Source: Obrimoposthia wandeli
Taxonomy: Eukaryota
Length of the DNA: 64,000 nucleotides
Direction: 5' to 3'
Assembly (NCBI GenBank): GCA_977020255.1
Contig: CDROCS010000506.1
Coordinates: 124,001 to 188,000 of the forward strand
Below the pieces are notes generated by a model. It searched no databases. It had not been told where the DNA came from and saw nothing but the letters and a program-made list of their open reading frames with translations. Positions 30,949 through 41,727 of the stretch are shown here, one piece after another; within the stretch, counting starts at the first letter, position 1, and every line of letters begins with the position of its first letter. Both the position numbers and the translations under genes were made by a program.

Positions 30949-31314
30949 ATGCAAACTAAATCTTTTACATATAACGCGAACACTTCTGCACATAACAATA
31001 ACTTCCTTAATGCTGATGACGCCGTAATTGAAGATAACCATGGTCAATGGACGGCTATCATTGCACCGCCAATGACGCTTACCGCGGCACTGTTATCACA
31101 GCATGGTATTAGCGCGAATAGTGCATTAATCATTCATAAGGCTAAAATAAATAATAAATTCCATACATTATTGAAAGCGGCGCAAAGTCCGACTATTTCA
31201 ACAGTCGTGACCTGGGATGACGAGCTAACAACAGATGAAATATTCCAAGTTAAAGCAACGATGAAAAGCTATAACACAGAGTGTGTGATACAGAGCAACA
31301 AAAAATTACACTAA
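30949..31314 (+). CDS. sulA: SulA-like SOS cell-division inhibitor (short, divergent)
   Basis: WTAIIAPP...HGIS...LIIH...AAQS...VVTW pattern resembling SulA, C-terminal His, SOS boxes upstream. Confidence 0.7.
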   Translation: MQTKSFTYNANTSAHNNNFLNADDAVIEDNHGQWTAIIAPPMTLTAALLSQHGISANSALIIHKAKINNKFHTLLKAAQSPTISTVVTWDDELTTDEIFQVKATMKSYNTECVIQSNKKLH

Positions 31315-31387
31315 TGAAACAGATACTTGCTATATTTAGTTATTAGATTCGAATATTGAATAACGACTAGAAGAGCAAGGACTGCCG

Positions 31388-32314
31388 ATGAAGATCCTCA
31401 TAATCGATGATTCCAAGATTGAACGAGTAATTATTCGCTCATACTTACAACATCTTAATCACGAAGTCTTCGACGCTGAAAACGGTGAAACAGGTATCGC
31501 CCTTTTTGCCCAATGCAATCCAGATATTGTATTGCTTGGTGTGGTAATGGCTGGTATTAATGGCTATCAAGTCGCCACGAAAATTCGACAAGAATACGCT
31601 GACTGGGTACCAATCATTTTCCTTAGCGGTAAAACCGCACCAGAAGATGTCATGATTGGTATTGAAGCTGGTGGTGATGATTACCTACCAAAACCTATCC
31701 AAAAACAAATACTCATTGCAAAAATGACGGCAATGGAACGTATTGCAGCAATGCGAACCCAACTATTAAAAACCAAAAGTGATTTAGAGTTAGCCAATGA
31801 AGAATTAGGGCGTCTTGCGACATTAGATGGTCTCACTGGTATTGCCAACCGTCGCCATTTAGATATCACCGTCGCGAAAGAACTCGCACGTGCACAGCGT
31901 CATCAACAACCACTGACCTTTATTATTGCTGATATCGATTTCTTTAAAAAATACAATGATCACTATGGCCACATTCAAGGTGATGAATGCTTAAAAGCAG
32001 TTGCAACGGCACTTGATAATGCGATACGTAGGCCGTCCGAGCTGGTTGCACGGTATGGTGGCGAAGAATTTTGTATGCTATTACCCAATACCGATACAGA
32101 AGGTGCTAAATTAATTGCTGAAAAGTTAGTTAATGCGGTGCGTTCATTAGAAATTAGCCATGCAGGTATCGACAAACCTGCCATTGTCACCATGAGTTTT
32201 GGCGTGGTTAGTTTGGTTCCAGACCACAGTTTGACCGTCAAGGAGTTAATGTTACAAGCAGATGAAAAACTCTATCAAGCCAAAGAAAGTGGCCGAGATA
32301 AGTGGGTATTATAA
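31388..32314 (+). CDS. REC-GGDEF diguanylate cyclase with degenerate phosphoacceptor
   Basis: IIDDS...IVLLGVVM (Gly at the Asp site)...FLSG...LPKP; DGLTGIANRR, RYGGEEF. Confidence 0.9.
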   Translation: MKILIIDDSKIERVIIRSYLQHLNHEVFDAENGETGIALFAQCNPDIVLLGVVMAGINGYQVATKIRQEYADWVPIIFLSGKTAPEDVMIGIEAGGDDYLPKPIQKQILIAKMTAMERIAAMRTQLLKTKSDLELANEELGRLATLDGLTGIANRRHLDITVAKELARAQRHQQPLTFIIADIDFFKKYNDHYGHIQGDECLKAVATALDNAIRRPSELVARYGGEEFCMLLPNTDTEGAKLIAEKLVNAVRSLEISHAGIDKPAIVTMSFGVVSLVPDHSLTVKELMLQADEKLYQAKESGRDKWVL

Positions 32315-32430
32315 ACCATGAAGGTCAATATCTAAGGGTGGTGAAATGTTCAAATATAGCAATTAACGTAAAATGCCGCTCATGTTAAGTGAACGGCATT
32401 ACACATATACTAATTTTTAAATAATACAAA

Positions 32431-34761
32431 TTAGCTAATTATTGTTACGTCATTACCTTTACCTGCCCAGCTAAATTCATGCTTATTAACTTGGTCTAGA
32501 TATGCTTTACGATCACTGTAATAAGATTTACTCGTCGTATTTAATTCAGCTTTAATATTATGATAAACCACGTTGAAACCTGTACTATCAGCGGTAGCAA
32601 TACTCACACCATGCTCGCCCATTTTAGCAAGAGTCAATTTACTGTTAACGTTATCTCGCGTGCTTGATGCCAGCGCAATATCATCAAATAGTGCTTTAAG
32701 GTTATCGATCCCATCCGGAATAGGTCCAAGTTGTGATAGCAAAGAATCTAACCCTTCACTCAAGAACGAACCAAAAGTGCCCGAGCTTACTGATGAGGTA
32801 GTAAAGTCGACAGCTTGAGTTGAGCCATCAGTAAGATTATGCTCAGTGACAAAGCTAGAATGAATATCACCAGACAACGTAATTGCACCATTAGCCTCAA
32901 GTACACCTTTAACTAATGCTTCTTTACCTTGCGGAAAACCATCCCAATGATCAACATTCAAATAGAACTGTTGTTTTAGTAAATCAGGTACTTCAGAAGA
33001 GCTCAAAATCAGATTCAGAGTGTAGTCTGAAACTGGGTCTGCAAGTGGTTGACGGGTATCTGATAAATCAGCTAAAAGTGGTGCAGTCGAAACAGAGCTT
33101 GCTACGATTTTATTTTTCACATTATTCGCCGTCGCCATGCCGAGACCAGCTGCTAACCAAGTAAGTTGATCTGAAGAATACGCCGCTTGTGCAGATGGGT
33201 TTTGTGATGCTTTGTAGCCTGCATATAAATCAAAACTTGATTTTATGACCAAATAACGCGCACCTAAATCAGAAAATAATGTCGTTTTACCCATGGTAAA
33301 ATATGCAAGCCCAGTATCAACGCCTGTTTCCGGTAATTGAGCTATATCTTTTAAAGGGTGACCATCAGCAAGTGTAGCTTTGGCTTTAAGCATAACCTGA
33401 TTTAAATAACTGCTCGTCAACTCACCTTTTAGCACAAGTGCAATTTTTTCTCTCGCTTTCGTCCCTGCTTCAGTATCTCCGATAACAAAGCGGCTCTTAA
33501 ACTCTTTTGTATACTCAAATAATAGTGCATTTTGAAGTAATAATTTTTGCAACGCATATACTGGCAAATCAATATCAACCACAGGACTCATCAGACTCAA
33601 TGCACCCGCGATTTCGAGATCACTTTTTCCTATTACAGTTAAGAAACCAGTCAGCACAGCCTTATTCATCACGACAGTACCAGGGAAACCATCTTCTGGT
33701 ATGAGATGATCCGGACGATTAGTACGATAATCAGTTAAAAATAACTGTAAGTTCTGACCAAATTGTAGGTCTCGATAAATCTTAGTTTTTGGAAATAGAT
33801 GTTCATCTTTATTTACAGATAACAAGCCGGTGCCAGCTGTATCAGTATTTGGATGTAAAGCGGCATGGTCTATCGGCATAAACTCAAAATATACTTGCTC
33901 TGCATTCTTCTTACGTGCCAGCTGTTCTTCTCCACCTGCGCCATCGGTATAAGTTGCATTAGTCTGCCAACTATCATCGGAAAACTCATGGTCATCCCAA
34001 ATACTGACCAACGGATAATTCTCATGTACTTCTTGTAACACAGGATCCGAGCGATACGTTTCGTATAGCTGGCGATAATTATCAACACTTTGCGCAGCTT
34101 TATATGCTTTATCACCAACACCAATCTGTAATGCACCAGTACTATCACGGAAACTAATTTGACGATCGCCATTAGTATTCTGGAATTTACTGTCACCATC
34201 GGTTTCATAGATGTAATCACCAAGGTGTAAAACAAAATCCAAATCGTCCTGCTCCAAGATAGATAAATAAGTATTGTAGTAGCGGCCAAGGTAATCTTGG
34301 CAAGATACAAAGGCAAATTTAACAGCCACATCATCTGTTGCATCTGGCGCAGTCTTAGTACGTCCTGTGTTAGAAGAATAAGCAACGCCATCTTTCTTAT
34401 ACACAAACCGGTAGTAATAGTGCGTTTTAGCATCAAGTTCTGTCACCCTAACTTTCAAGCAATTACCGGTATCAGTACTGACATCAAATTCTTTCTCTAA
34501 CACTACATTACTAAAATCATCTTTAGTTTTAGATACTTGTAATACAGCCTTAAGATCATTAGCCCCATCAACGACCCGCGTCCATAACACCACAGAGTTA
34601 GGTGTTGGATCACCTGACATAACTGATTGAGGGAAATATTTAACAACCGCTTTTTTAGGGTCATCATCATCAAAGGCACAACCGGTTAATAACGAAGATA
34701 CACTAAGTGCTCCAGCTGAAACGACAAGCGTTTGCAAAAAATGTCGGCGTGTAAAAGTCAT
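32431..34761 (-). CDS. phoD: PhoD-type alkaline phosphatase, Tat-signal lipoprotein
   Basis: TRRHFL twin-arginine motif plus LTGC lipobox; SGDPTPNSVVLWTR, LHLGDYIYE, IWDDHEFSDD, DHWDGF and SGDIH motifs. Confidence 0.92.
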   Translation of the reverse strand: MTFTRRHFLQTLVVSAGALSVSSLLTGCAFDDDDPKKAVVKYFPQSVMSGDPTPNSVVLWTRVVDGANDLKAVLQVSKTKDDFSNVVLEKEFDVSTDTGNCLKVRVTELDAKTHYYYRFVYKKDGVAYSSNTGRTKTAPDATDDVAVKFAFVSCQDYLGRYYNTYLSILEQDDLDFVLHLGDYIYETDGDSKFQNTNGDRQISFRDSTGALQIGVGDKAYKAAQSVDNYRQLYETYRSDPVLQEVHENYPLVSIWDDHEFSDDSWQTNATYTDGAGGEEQLARKKNAEQVYFEFMPIDHAALHPNTDTAGTGLLSVNKDEHLFPKTKIYRDLQFGQNLQLFLTDYRTNRPDHLIPEDGFPGTVVMNKAVLTGFLTVIGKSDLEIAGALSLMSPVVDIDLPVYALQKLLLQNALLFEYTKEFKSRFVIGDTEAGTKAREKIALVLKGELTSSYLNQVMLKAKATLADGHPLKDIAQLPETGVDTGLAYFTMGKTTLFSDLGARYLVIKSSFDLYAGYKASQNPSAQAAYSSDQLTWLAAGLGMATANNVKNKIVASSVSTAPLLADLSDTRQPLADPVSDYTLNLILSSSEVPDLLKQQFYLNVDHWDGFPQGKEALVKGVLEANGAITLSGDIHSSFVTEHNLTDGSTQAVDFTTSSVSSGTFGSFLSEGLDSLLSQLGPIPDGIDNLKALFDDIALASSTRDNVNSKLTLAKMGEHGVSIATADSTGFNVVYHNIKAELNTTSKSYYSDRKAYLDQVNKHEFSWAGKGNDVTIIS

Positions 34762-34780
34762 AAATCATCCTTGAATTCAT

Positions 34781-34810
34781 TTGTTTACAAAATGTTACAA
34801 TATGTCACAA
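34781..34810. promoter_or_regulatory. Three 10-bp direct repeats just upstream of phoD
   Basis: TTGTTTACAA AATGTTACAA TATGTCACAA. Confidence 0.5.
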
Positions 34811-35007
34811 CTTGATATTTAACAATGCTATATGTAGTCGAACATCTCATTTTATAAAAAAAATGTTAAATTTTAATGAATGAATGAATGAAAGATATAA
34901 CTGGCAGGAAAGAAAAAGTCCGCATAGGCTAATGTCGGACTTAAATAAATGAGTATGTTTCCAAAAAATAACGCAAACGTTAAAAAAACGCTTGCCAAAA
35001 TAGTCTC

Positions 35008-38000
35008 CTATAAACTCGCTTTAAAGTCTGCAAACGCCATTTTAACGCGCTTAATTGATACCGGGTAACTTGTCCCTAATTGCTGAGCAAATAGCGATAC
35101 ACGCAACTCTTCAAGCATCCAACGTAGTTTTAATAACTCATGTTGTTGTGCCAGCGTTAATCGAGGCATTTTCGTTAACTGGATATAACTTGCTAATAAT
35201 GGTTGAACCGCAACAGCATTACCGCGATCACGCACAGGGTCTGCTTTGAGTTTATGCAAACGATGTTCAATAGCACCAATATAACGTTGCACGTCGGCTA
35301 ATTTCTTAGCGCCACAGTGAGTCACAAAACCACTATAAATAAGGTTGCCTAATTGCGCTTTAATATCACCATTGGCGACGATCATGTCTAACGATACTTT
35401 ACCTTTAAGTTGCTTATGTACTTGATGCGCAGCGGTTAAAATTTTCTCAACCTGCTTTGCTACTTCAACGGTTTCATCAGCTAAGTTTGCACGTACTAAT
35501 TCTTTTAATGCTTCAAAACTATCGGCATCACTCGGTGCTGGTTGCGTGGCGATAATGCAATCCACAGCACAAGAAATACAATCATGGATCAAGTCTGTGA
35601 CTTTACCAAACGGATTGAAATACAGTCCAAGTTTGGCTTTATTTGGCAGTTTTTGCTCAAGGTATTTAATCGGTGACGGTACATTAAGTAAAATCAATCG
35701 ACGTAAACCAGCTTTCGCCGCTACAGCCGCATCTTCTTGATGATCGAACAGCTTAATCTCAACTGAACTTTTGTTATCCACTAATGCCGGATAGGCTTTA
35801 ACTTCATAACCACCATGTTTTTGTTTAAATTCAGCCGGTAACTTACCAAAGTCCCAAGTGATAAGGTCTTTTTTCTCAATGCCTTTATCTGCAACTTTCA
35901 CTAAGGTTTGTTGAATATGTCCTTGAAGTTGTTGCTTTAACGCACCGAGATCATTACCAAAGCTAATTTGATTTAGTTTTTCATCGACAATCTTGAAATG
36001 CATTTTAAGATGCGTTGGCAGCGTTAATAACTCCCACACATCTTGATCTAACCGTACACCTGTCATGCGTAATAATTGCTTATTTAAACTAGCCGCTAAC
36101 TCACCTTGGCTAGGGTCCATATTTTCCAGTGCGGCATTGGCATAATTTGGTGCGGGTACAAAATTACGACGTAATGTTTTAGGTAACGCCTTAATCATAG
36201 TAATAATCAATTCTTCACGTAAAGCAGGGATCTGCCAATCAAAACCTTGCTCATTAATTTGGTTTAAGATCGCTAACGGGATCATAACCGTAACGCCATC
36301 TTCAAGTGTACCCGGTTCAAAGTTGTATTCGAGTTTGAATTTAAAGCTGTTTTGAGTCCAAAACTCAGGATAGCTATGGGCAGTAATTGATTCCGCATCA
36401 TGCTTCATCAAACGAGCTTGGGTTAACGTTAATAAATCTGGCGTTTGCTGGATCTCTTTTTTCCACCAGCTATCAAAGTGACGACCAGAACAAACGTGCT
36501 CAGGAATAACATCGGAGTAAAAGCCAAATAGATCATCATCACTGACCAGAATGTCACGACGACGCGATTTATGTTCGAGTTCGTGAATGCGTTCAACTTC
36601 GGCCATGTTGTGCTTAAAGAACGCATGTTTGGTATTAAACTCACCTTCAACTAAACCACTGCGAATAAATATTTCACGACATATCGCCGGATCAATTTGG
36701 CTGTAGTTAACCATGCGCTTAGCCACAATTACCAATCCATACAAGGTAACTTTCTCAGCAGCAACAACCGCAGCACGACGTTTTTCCCAATGCGGTTCAC
36801 TGTAAGTTGATTTATTTAAATGGGTGGACAGTGGTTCAATCCATTCTGGTTGGATCTTGGCAGCAATACGACCAAATAAACGCGATGTTTCCACCAATTC
36901 AGCAACCATCACCCACTTAGGTTGTTTTTTAAATAACCCTGAGCCAGGAAAGATATTAAATTTACTGTTACGTGCACCGGTATAATCTTGGTCTTTATCT
37001 TTAAAACCAACATGGCTTAGCATACCTGCTAGCAATGCTTTGTGAATATTATCACTGTTGCTGATCTCGCCTTCTTCGTTAAGCTTGACAGGATTAACAA
37101 TAAAACCAAGCTCTCTCACCACTTGCGACAGTTGCGAGTAAATATCTTGCCACTCACGCACGCGCATATAAGCGAGGTAATCTTTCTTGCACAAACGGCG
37201 GAACTGCGATGAAGAGAGTTCATCTTGTTGCTGTTTGACATAATTCCATAGATTCAAGAAGGTGATGAAATCTGATTCTTTATCATAAAAACGGCGATGT
37301 TGCTCATCGGCCGCTTGTTGTTTTTCCATAGGACGTTCACGTGGGTCTTGAATCGACAAGGCCGCGGTAATTATCATCACTTCATTTAAACAACCATTGG
37401 TATTGGCTTCCATCACCATACGGGCAAGACGCGGGTCAATCGGCAGTTTAGCCAATGCAATACCAACCGGTGTCAGGCGTTTATTATGATCAGCATTGCT
37501 GATATCAATCGCACCTAACTCTTCGAGCAGTTTAAGACCATCGGTAATATTACGGCTATCTGGCGGCTGCACGAATGGGAAATTAGCAACGTCGCCTAAG
37601 CCCAAAGCATGCATTTGTAAAATAACAGAAGCAAGGTTAGTACGCTGGATCTCTGGATCTGTGAATTCTGGACGATTATTGAAATCTTCTTCACTGTAAA
37701 GACGAATACAAATACCCGCACTAACACGGCCACAACGACCCATACGTTGGTTTGCACTTGCTTGTGATACAGCTTCAATCGGTAGGCGTTGCACTTTAGT
37801 ACGGTAGCTATAACGGCTAATACGCGCAGTACCCGGATCAATGACATACTTGATGCCCGGCACCGTTAATGATGTTTCAGCGACGTTGGTTGCTAATACC
37901 ACACGACGGCCAACGTGACTTTGGAAAATGCGGTTTTGCTCGGCATTCGTCAAACGGGCGTACAACGGCAGTACTTCGGTATCGCGAAGCTTTAATTTAT

Positions 38001-38916
38001 TTAATGCATCAGCGGTATCGCGGATCTCACGTTCACCGTTAAGGAATACCAGAATATCGCCAAGGCCTTCGCTTTGCAGTTCATCGACCGCTTCAACAAT
38101 GCCTTGGATTTGATCACGTTCGTGGCCATCTTCTTGTTCTGCTAACGCGTTATAACGCACTTCTACAGGATAAGTACGACCAGACACTTCAATCATCGGC
38201 GCGTTATTAAAGTGCTTAGAAAAACGCTCTGGATCGATTGTCGCAGAGGTAATAATCACTTTTAAATCAGGTCGACGATTAAGTAGCTGTTTTAAATAAC
38301 CAAGAATGAAATCAATATTTAAACTACGTTCATGGGCTTCATCGATAATGATCACGTCATATTTACTTAAGAAGCGATCTTGTTGGATCTCGGCAAGTAA
38401 AATACCGTCAGTCATTATCTTGATGTAACTTTTCTTACTGACGTTATCACTAAATCGGATCTTATAACCAACGTGCTCACCGATTTCTGAATCCAACTCT
38501 TCGGCAATACGGTTAGCGACAGTACGCGCAGCAAGTCGTCTTGGTTGCGTATGACCAATCATGCCATCAATACCTAACCCAAGGTCGAGGCATATTTTAG
38601 GGATCTGAGTGGTTTTACCCGACCCCGTTTCACCCGCAATAATAACGACTTGGTTATTTAAGATGGCCTCGGCGATATCGTTACGCTTCTGACTAATCGG
38701 CAGAGACTCAGGGTAAGAGACGACAGGCAAGTTATCGATACGCGACTGACGCAGACTTGCCGATGCAGCAATATCTTGCTGTAGTTTATCAACGGTTTTT
38801 TCTTGCTTGTCAGAAGGTAATTTTTGCGCTGCTTGCAAACGACGTTTAAAACGAAAACGATCGGAATGCATACAGGTAGATAGCTCAGCCGTCAGGGATT
38901 TTAAGATACTCTGCAT
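35008..38916 (-). CDS. hrpA: ATP-dependent RNA helicase HrpA
   Basis: GETGSGKTTQ, DEAH, SAT, ATNVAETSLT and QRMGRCGR motifs; 1302 aa ending LGTSYPVSIKR. Confidence 0.97.
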   Translation of the reverse strand: MQSILKSLTAELSTCMHSDRFRFKRRLQAAQKLPSDKQEKTVDKLQQDIAASASLRQSRIDNLPVVSYPESLPISQKRNDIAEAILNNQVVIIAGETGSGKTTQIPKICLDLGLGIDGMIGHTQPRRLAARTVANRIAEELDSEIGEHVGYKIRFSDNVSKKSYIKIMTDGILLAEIQQDRFLSKYDVIIIDEAHERSLNIDFILGYLKQLLNRRPDLKVIITSATIDPERFSKHFNNAPMIEVSGRTYPVEVRYNALAEQEDGHERDQIQGIVEAVDELQSEGLGDILVFLNGEREIRDTADALNKLKLRDTEVLPLYARLTNAEQNRIFQSHVGRRVVLATNVAETSLTVPGIKYVIDPGTARISRYSYRTKVQRLPIEAVSQASANQRMGRCGRVSAGICIRLYSEEDFNNRPEFTDPEIQRTNLASVILQMHALGLGDVANFPFVQPPDSRNITDGLKLLEELGAIDISNADHNKRLTPVGIALAKLPIDPRLARMVMEANTNGCLNEVMIITAALSIQDPRERPMEKQQAADEQHRRFYDKESDFITFLNLWNYVKQQQDELSSSQFRRLCKKDYLAYMRVREWQDIYSQLSQVVRELGFIVNPVKLNEEGEISNSDNIHKALLAGMLSHVGFKDKDQDYTGARNSKFNIFPGSGLFKKQPKWVMVAELVETSRLFGRIAAKIQPEWIEPLSTHLNKSTYSEPHWEKRRAAVVAAEKVTLYGLVIVAKRMVNYSQIDPAICREIFIRSGLVEGEFNTKHAFFKHNMAEVERIHELEHKSRRRDILVSDDDLFGFYSDVIPEHVCSGRHFDSWWKKEIQQTPDLLTLTQARLMKHDAESITAHSYPEFWTQNSFKFKLEYNFEPGTLEDGVTVMIPLAILNQINEQGFDWQIPALREELIITMIKALPKTLRRNFVPAPNYANAALENMDPSQGELAASLNKQLLRMTGVRLDQDVWELLTLPTHLKMHFKIVDEKLNQISFGNDLGALKQQLQGHIQQTLVKVADKGIEKKDLITWDFGKLPAEFKQKHGGYEVKAYPALVDNKSSVEIKLFDHQEDAAVAAKAGLRRLILLNVPSPIKYLEQKLPNKAKLGLYFNPFGKVTDLIHDCISCAVDCIIATQPAPSDADSFEALKELVRANLADETVEVAKQVEKILTAAHQVHKQLKGKVSLDMIVANGDIKAQLGNLIYSGFVTHCGAKKLADVQRYIGAIEHRLHKLKADPVRDRGNAVAVQPLLASYIQLTKMPRLTLAQQHELLKLRWMLEELRVSLFAQQLGTSYPVSIKRVKMAFADFKASL

Positions 38917-39284
38917 AATAGTTAGAAAACGCCCATTAACTTTAGGTTAAAATCGAAATACTATGCCAGTATCTATAGAATTTCAAATGATTATTGGTTT
39001 TCAAATGAAATGCCTTCTTGTCATTACCCTATTATCACTTTTAGTCATAACTATGGGACACTTTTTAGACTACGGGCACGGCTTCAATAGAATATAAATT
39101 TAATTTTTAACGGCACAAATTATTTACACTTTATTCGTCATAAAACGAACCAAGAAACAAAAATACCCCCAAATGAGTAACCCCTATCTGCGTTAGTAAC
39201 GCTGTCACGATTAATTTACAAACACACTAACCACTAACTAATTTATATCTATTTATACCAACATTTTATCCTTTTGATTTTAAA

Positions 39285-39363
39285 CACATGTTTATTCGAC
39301 CTGAGTCACATCAAAAACAGTCGAAAGAAAATAAAATCCACTCGATTTCGCTCGAACGAACAT
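39285..39363 (+). promoter_or_regulatory. GlpR-type half-sites upstream of glpT
   Basis: CTCGATTTCGCTCGAACGAACAT at about 39341-39363 and ATGTTTATTCG at about 39288. Confidence 0.5.
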
Positions 39364-39420
39364 CACACCCTATAAAATGGTTATTAAAAACCATCAACAC
39401 GTTGAAACTCGAGGTTATAA

Positions 39421-40782
39421 ATGTTTGGTATTTTCAAACCGAAAGAGCACATTGCTCGTTTACCCGCAGACCAAGTCGACTCCACCTATAAATTCTTACG
39501 CTGGCAGTTATTCTTTGGTATTTTCTTTGGCTATGCAGGCTATTATCTAGTCCGTAAAAACTTCAGTTTGGCCATGCCATACTTGATTGAACAAGGTTTT
39601 AGCCGTGGCGACCTTGGTGTCGCTTTATCCGCAGTCTCTATTTCGTACGGCCTATCTAAATTCCTGATGGGCAGTGTCTCCGATCGCTCTAATCCACGCT
39701 ATTTCTTGACTGCTGGGTTATTAATGTCCGCTGCTGTTATGTTTACTTTTGGCTACATGCCTTGGGCAACCAGCAGTATTACCGCCATGTTTGTATTATT
39801 ATTTCTAAACGGTTGGTTCCAAGGTATGGGTTGGCCAGCTTGCGGCAGAACCATGGTTCACTGGTGGTCAAAGAAAGAACGTGGCGAATTAGTCTCGGTT
39901 TGGAATGTCGCGCATAATGTTGGCGGTGGTCTAATCGGCCCTATGTTCTTGCTTGGCTTATGGGCCTTTAATGATGATTGGCATGCTGCATTTTATGTAC
40001 CTGCATTTTTTGCTGTGATCGTCGCTGTTTTTGTCTGGTTCACGGTCCGTGATACTCCGCAGTCTTGCGGGTTACCACCAATCGAAGAATATAAAGATGA
40101 TTACCCAGATGACTACAGTAAAGATCATGAACAAGAAATGACGGCTAAAGAAATCTTCTTCAAATACGTACTCAACAATAAACTGCTGTGGTCTATCGCA
40201 ATTGCTAATGCCTTTGTGTATATGATCCGTTACGGTGTTTTAGATTGGGCTCCTGTTTATTTAAAAGAAGCAAAAGGTTTCACGGTAGACGGTTCTTCTT
40301 GGGCTTATTTCTTATACGAGTGGGCAGGTATTCCAGGCACCCTACTTTGTGGTTGGATCTCTGATAAATTATTCAAAGGTCGTCGTGCACCAGCGGGGAT
40401 ATTATTCATGGTCCTAGTGACGATTGCCGTACTGGTTTATTGGTTTAATCCTGCAGGCAACCCAATGATTGATATGGCAGCGCTAATTGCTATTGGCTTC
40501 CTGATTTACGGACCAGTAATGTTAATTGGCTTATATGCTCTTGAGCTTGCGCCTAAGAAAGCGGCTGGTACAGCGGCTGGCTTAACTGGTCTATTTGGTT
40601 ATCTCGGCGGCGCGGTAGCTGCAAATGCAGTACTGGGTTATACCGTTGACCATTTCGGTTGGGATGGCGGCTTTATGGTATTAGTCTGCTCTTGCTTTGC
40701 ATCAATTATTTGTTTAGGTTACGCATATGTCGGTGAAAAACGTTTTCACGAGAACAAAAATAGTGATACTGCGGTTGCATAA
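39421..40782 (+). CDS. glpT: Glycerol-3-phosphate:phosphate antiporter
   Basis: [29 protein letters not shown] and [10 protein letters not shown] motifs. Confidence 0.96.
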   Translation: MFGIFKPKEHIARLPADQVDSTYKFLRWQLFFGIFFGYAGYYLVRKNFSLAMPYLIEQGFSRGDLGVALSAVSISYGLSKFLMGSVSDRSNPRYFLTAGLLMSAAVMFTFGYMPWATSSITAMFVLLFLNGWFQGMGWPACGRTMVHWWSKKERGELVSVWNVAHNVGGGLIGPMFLLGLWAFNDDWHAAFYVPAFFAVIVAVFVWFTVRDTPQSCGLPPIEEYKDDYPDDYSKDHEQEMTAKEIFFKYVLNNKLLWSIAIANAFVYMIRYGVLDWAPVYLKEAKGFTVDGSSWAYFLYEWAGIPGTLLCGWISDKLFKGRRAPAGILFMVLVTIAVLVYWFNPAGNPMIDMAALIAIGFLIYGPVMLIGLYALELAPKKAAGTAAGLTGLFGYLGGAVAANAVLGYTVDHFGWDGGFMVLVCSCFASIICLGYAYVGEKRFHENKNSDTAVA

Positions 40783-40808
40783 ATAACCGGTATTACAGGC
40801 AATAACTT

Positions 40809-40852
40809 TAGCGGCGATTTAGCTATTCTCTTTAAGAATAAATTCGCCGCTA
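40809..40852. terminator. Hairpin between convergent glpT and the CBS gene
   Basis: TAGCGGCGA...TCGCCGCTA inverted repeat. Confidence 0.6.
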
Positions 40853-40911
40853 TCTTACTGCTAAATTAAAGTAACCAAACTAACAGTTCCTAAATTAAAC
40901 TTAACTCAATA

Positions 40912-41331
40912 TTAACGGCATTTTTCGTAACAAGATTGCTGTTGTTTATCCATTGCTTTGAGTACATCACGACGTGAAATAATCCCAACTACCACGCCAT
41001 GCTCGTCAATCACAGGGTAGCTCTTGGGTTTTGCTGATACCATTTTCTGTGCTAATTCAATAATACTGTCTTCAGATCTGGCGGTGAGCACATCAGATCT
41101 CATCAAGTCACCGACAATCGCGACCTCTTCGCAGTAATAACTCGACTCCAATAACGTTGCTAAGCAATCTTGTTCGGAAACCCATCCCACAAGCGCATCA
41201 TTATCATCCACCACAGGAGCACCAATATGAGTCGATTTTAACAGCTTATCGACAGCCGTCGCGACAGGCATATCTACAGTTAACTTAACTGGCCGTAACT
41301 GCATATAATCAGATACTTTTAAAGAATTCAT
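40912..41331 (-). CDS. CBS-domain protein
   Basis: VSDYM, GAPVVD, GWVSEQD, YPVID and GIISRRDVL tandem CBS pair. Confidence 0.9.
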   Translation of the reverse strand: MNSLKVSDYMQLRPVKLTVDMPVATAVDKLLKSTHIGAPVVDDNDALVGWVSEQDCLATLLESSYYCEEVAIVGDLMRSDVLTARSEDSIIELAQKMVSAKPKSYPVIDEHGVVVGIISRRDVLKAMDKQQQSCYEKCR

Positions 41332-41727
41332 TCCCTTACCCCTTTAATATGTTAACCAATTGAAATAATGCATGGCTATTACTTAACCTAAGCATAGGTT
41401 ATATGGATATTTCTACCATCAAGACCTTAAAATGGCTGAAATTACTTTATTTACAACATTGATAAGCAGTAAAGCAAAAAAAACTAACATATTGTAAAAA
41501 ATAAATAACCCCAAAAAAAGCAAAACATGCGACATCTCAAACTACTTTTTAACGTAATATCGATATTTAAAACCAATAAAATGCCATTTTCTGAAGTTAT
41601 AGGAAAGTTGGCAATTGTAATTACAACTTTTTATGAAATTATGTTCTTGAAGAAGGTCACACTATTGTCATAGTATCGAGGGATAAGAAATATTAATATC
41701 TCGCTTGATGAGAAGGGAAGCAAAGCA

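Noticed and set aside
41581-41673. 30-aa ORF MPFSEVIGKLAIVITT... as a leu/ilv attenuator leader
   Set aside because: No SD, no run of Leu/Ile/Val control codons, and no terminator/antiterminator before leuC
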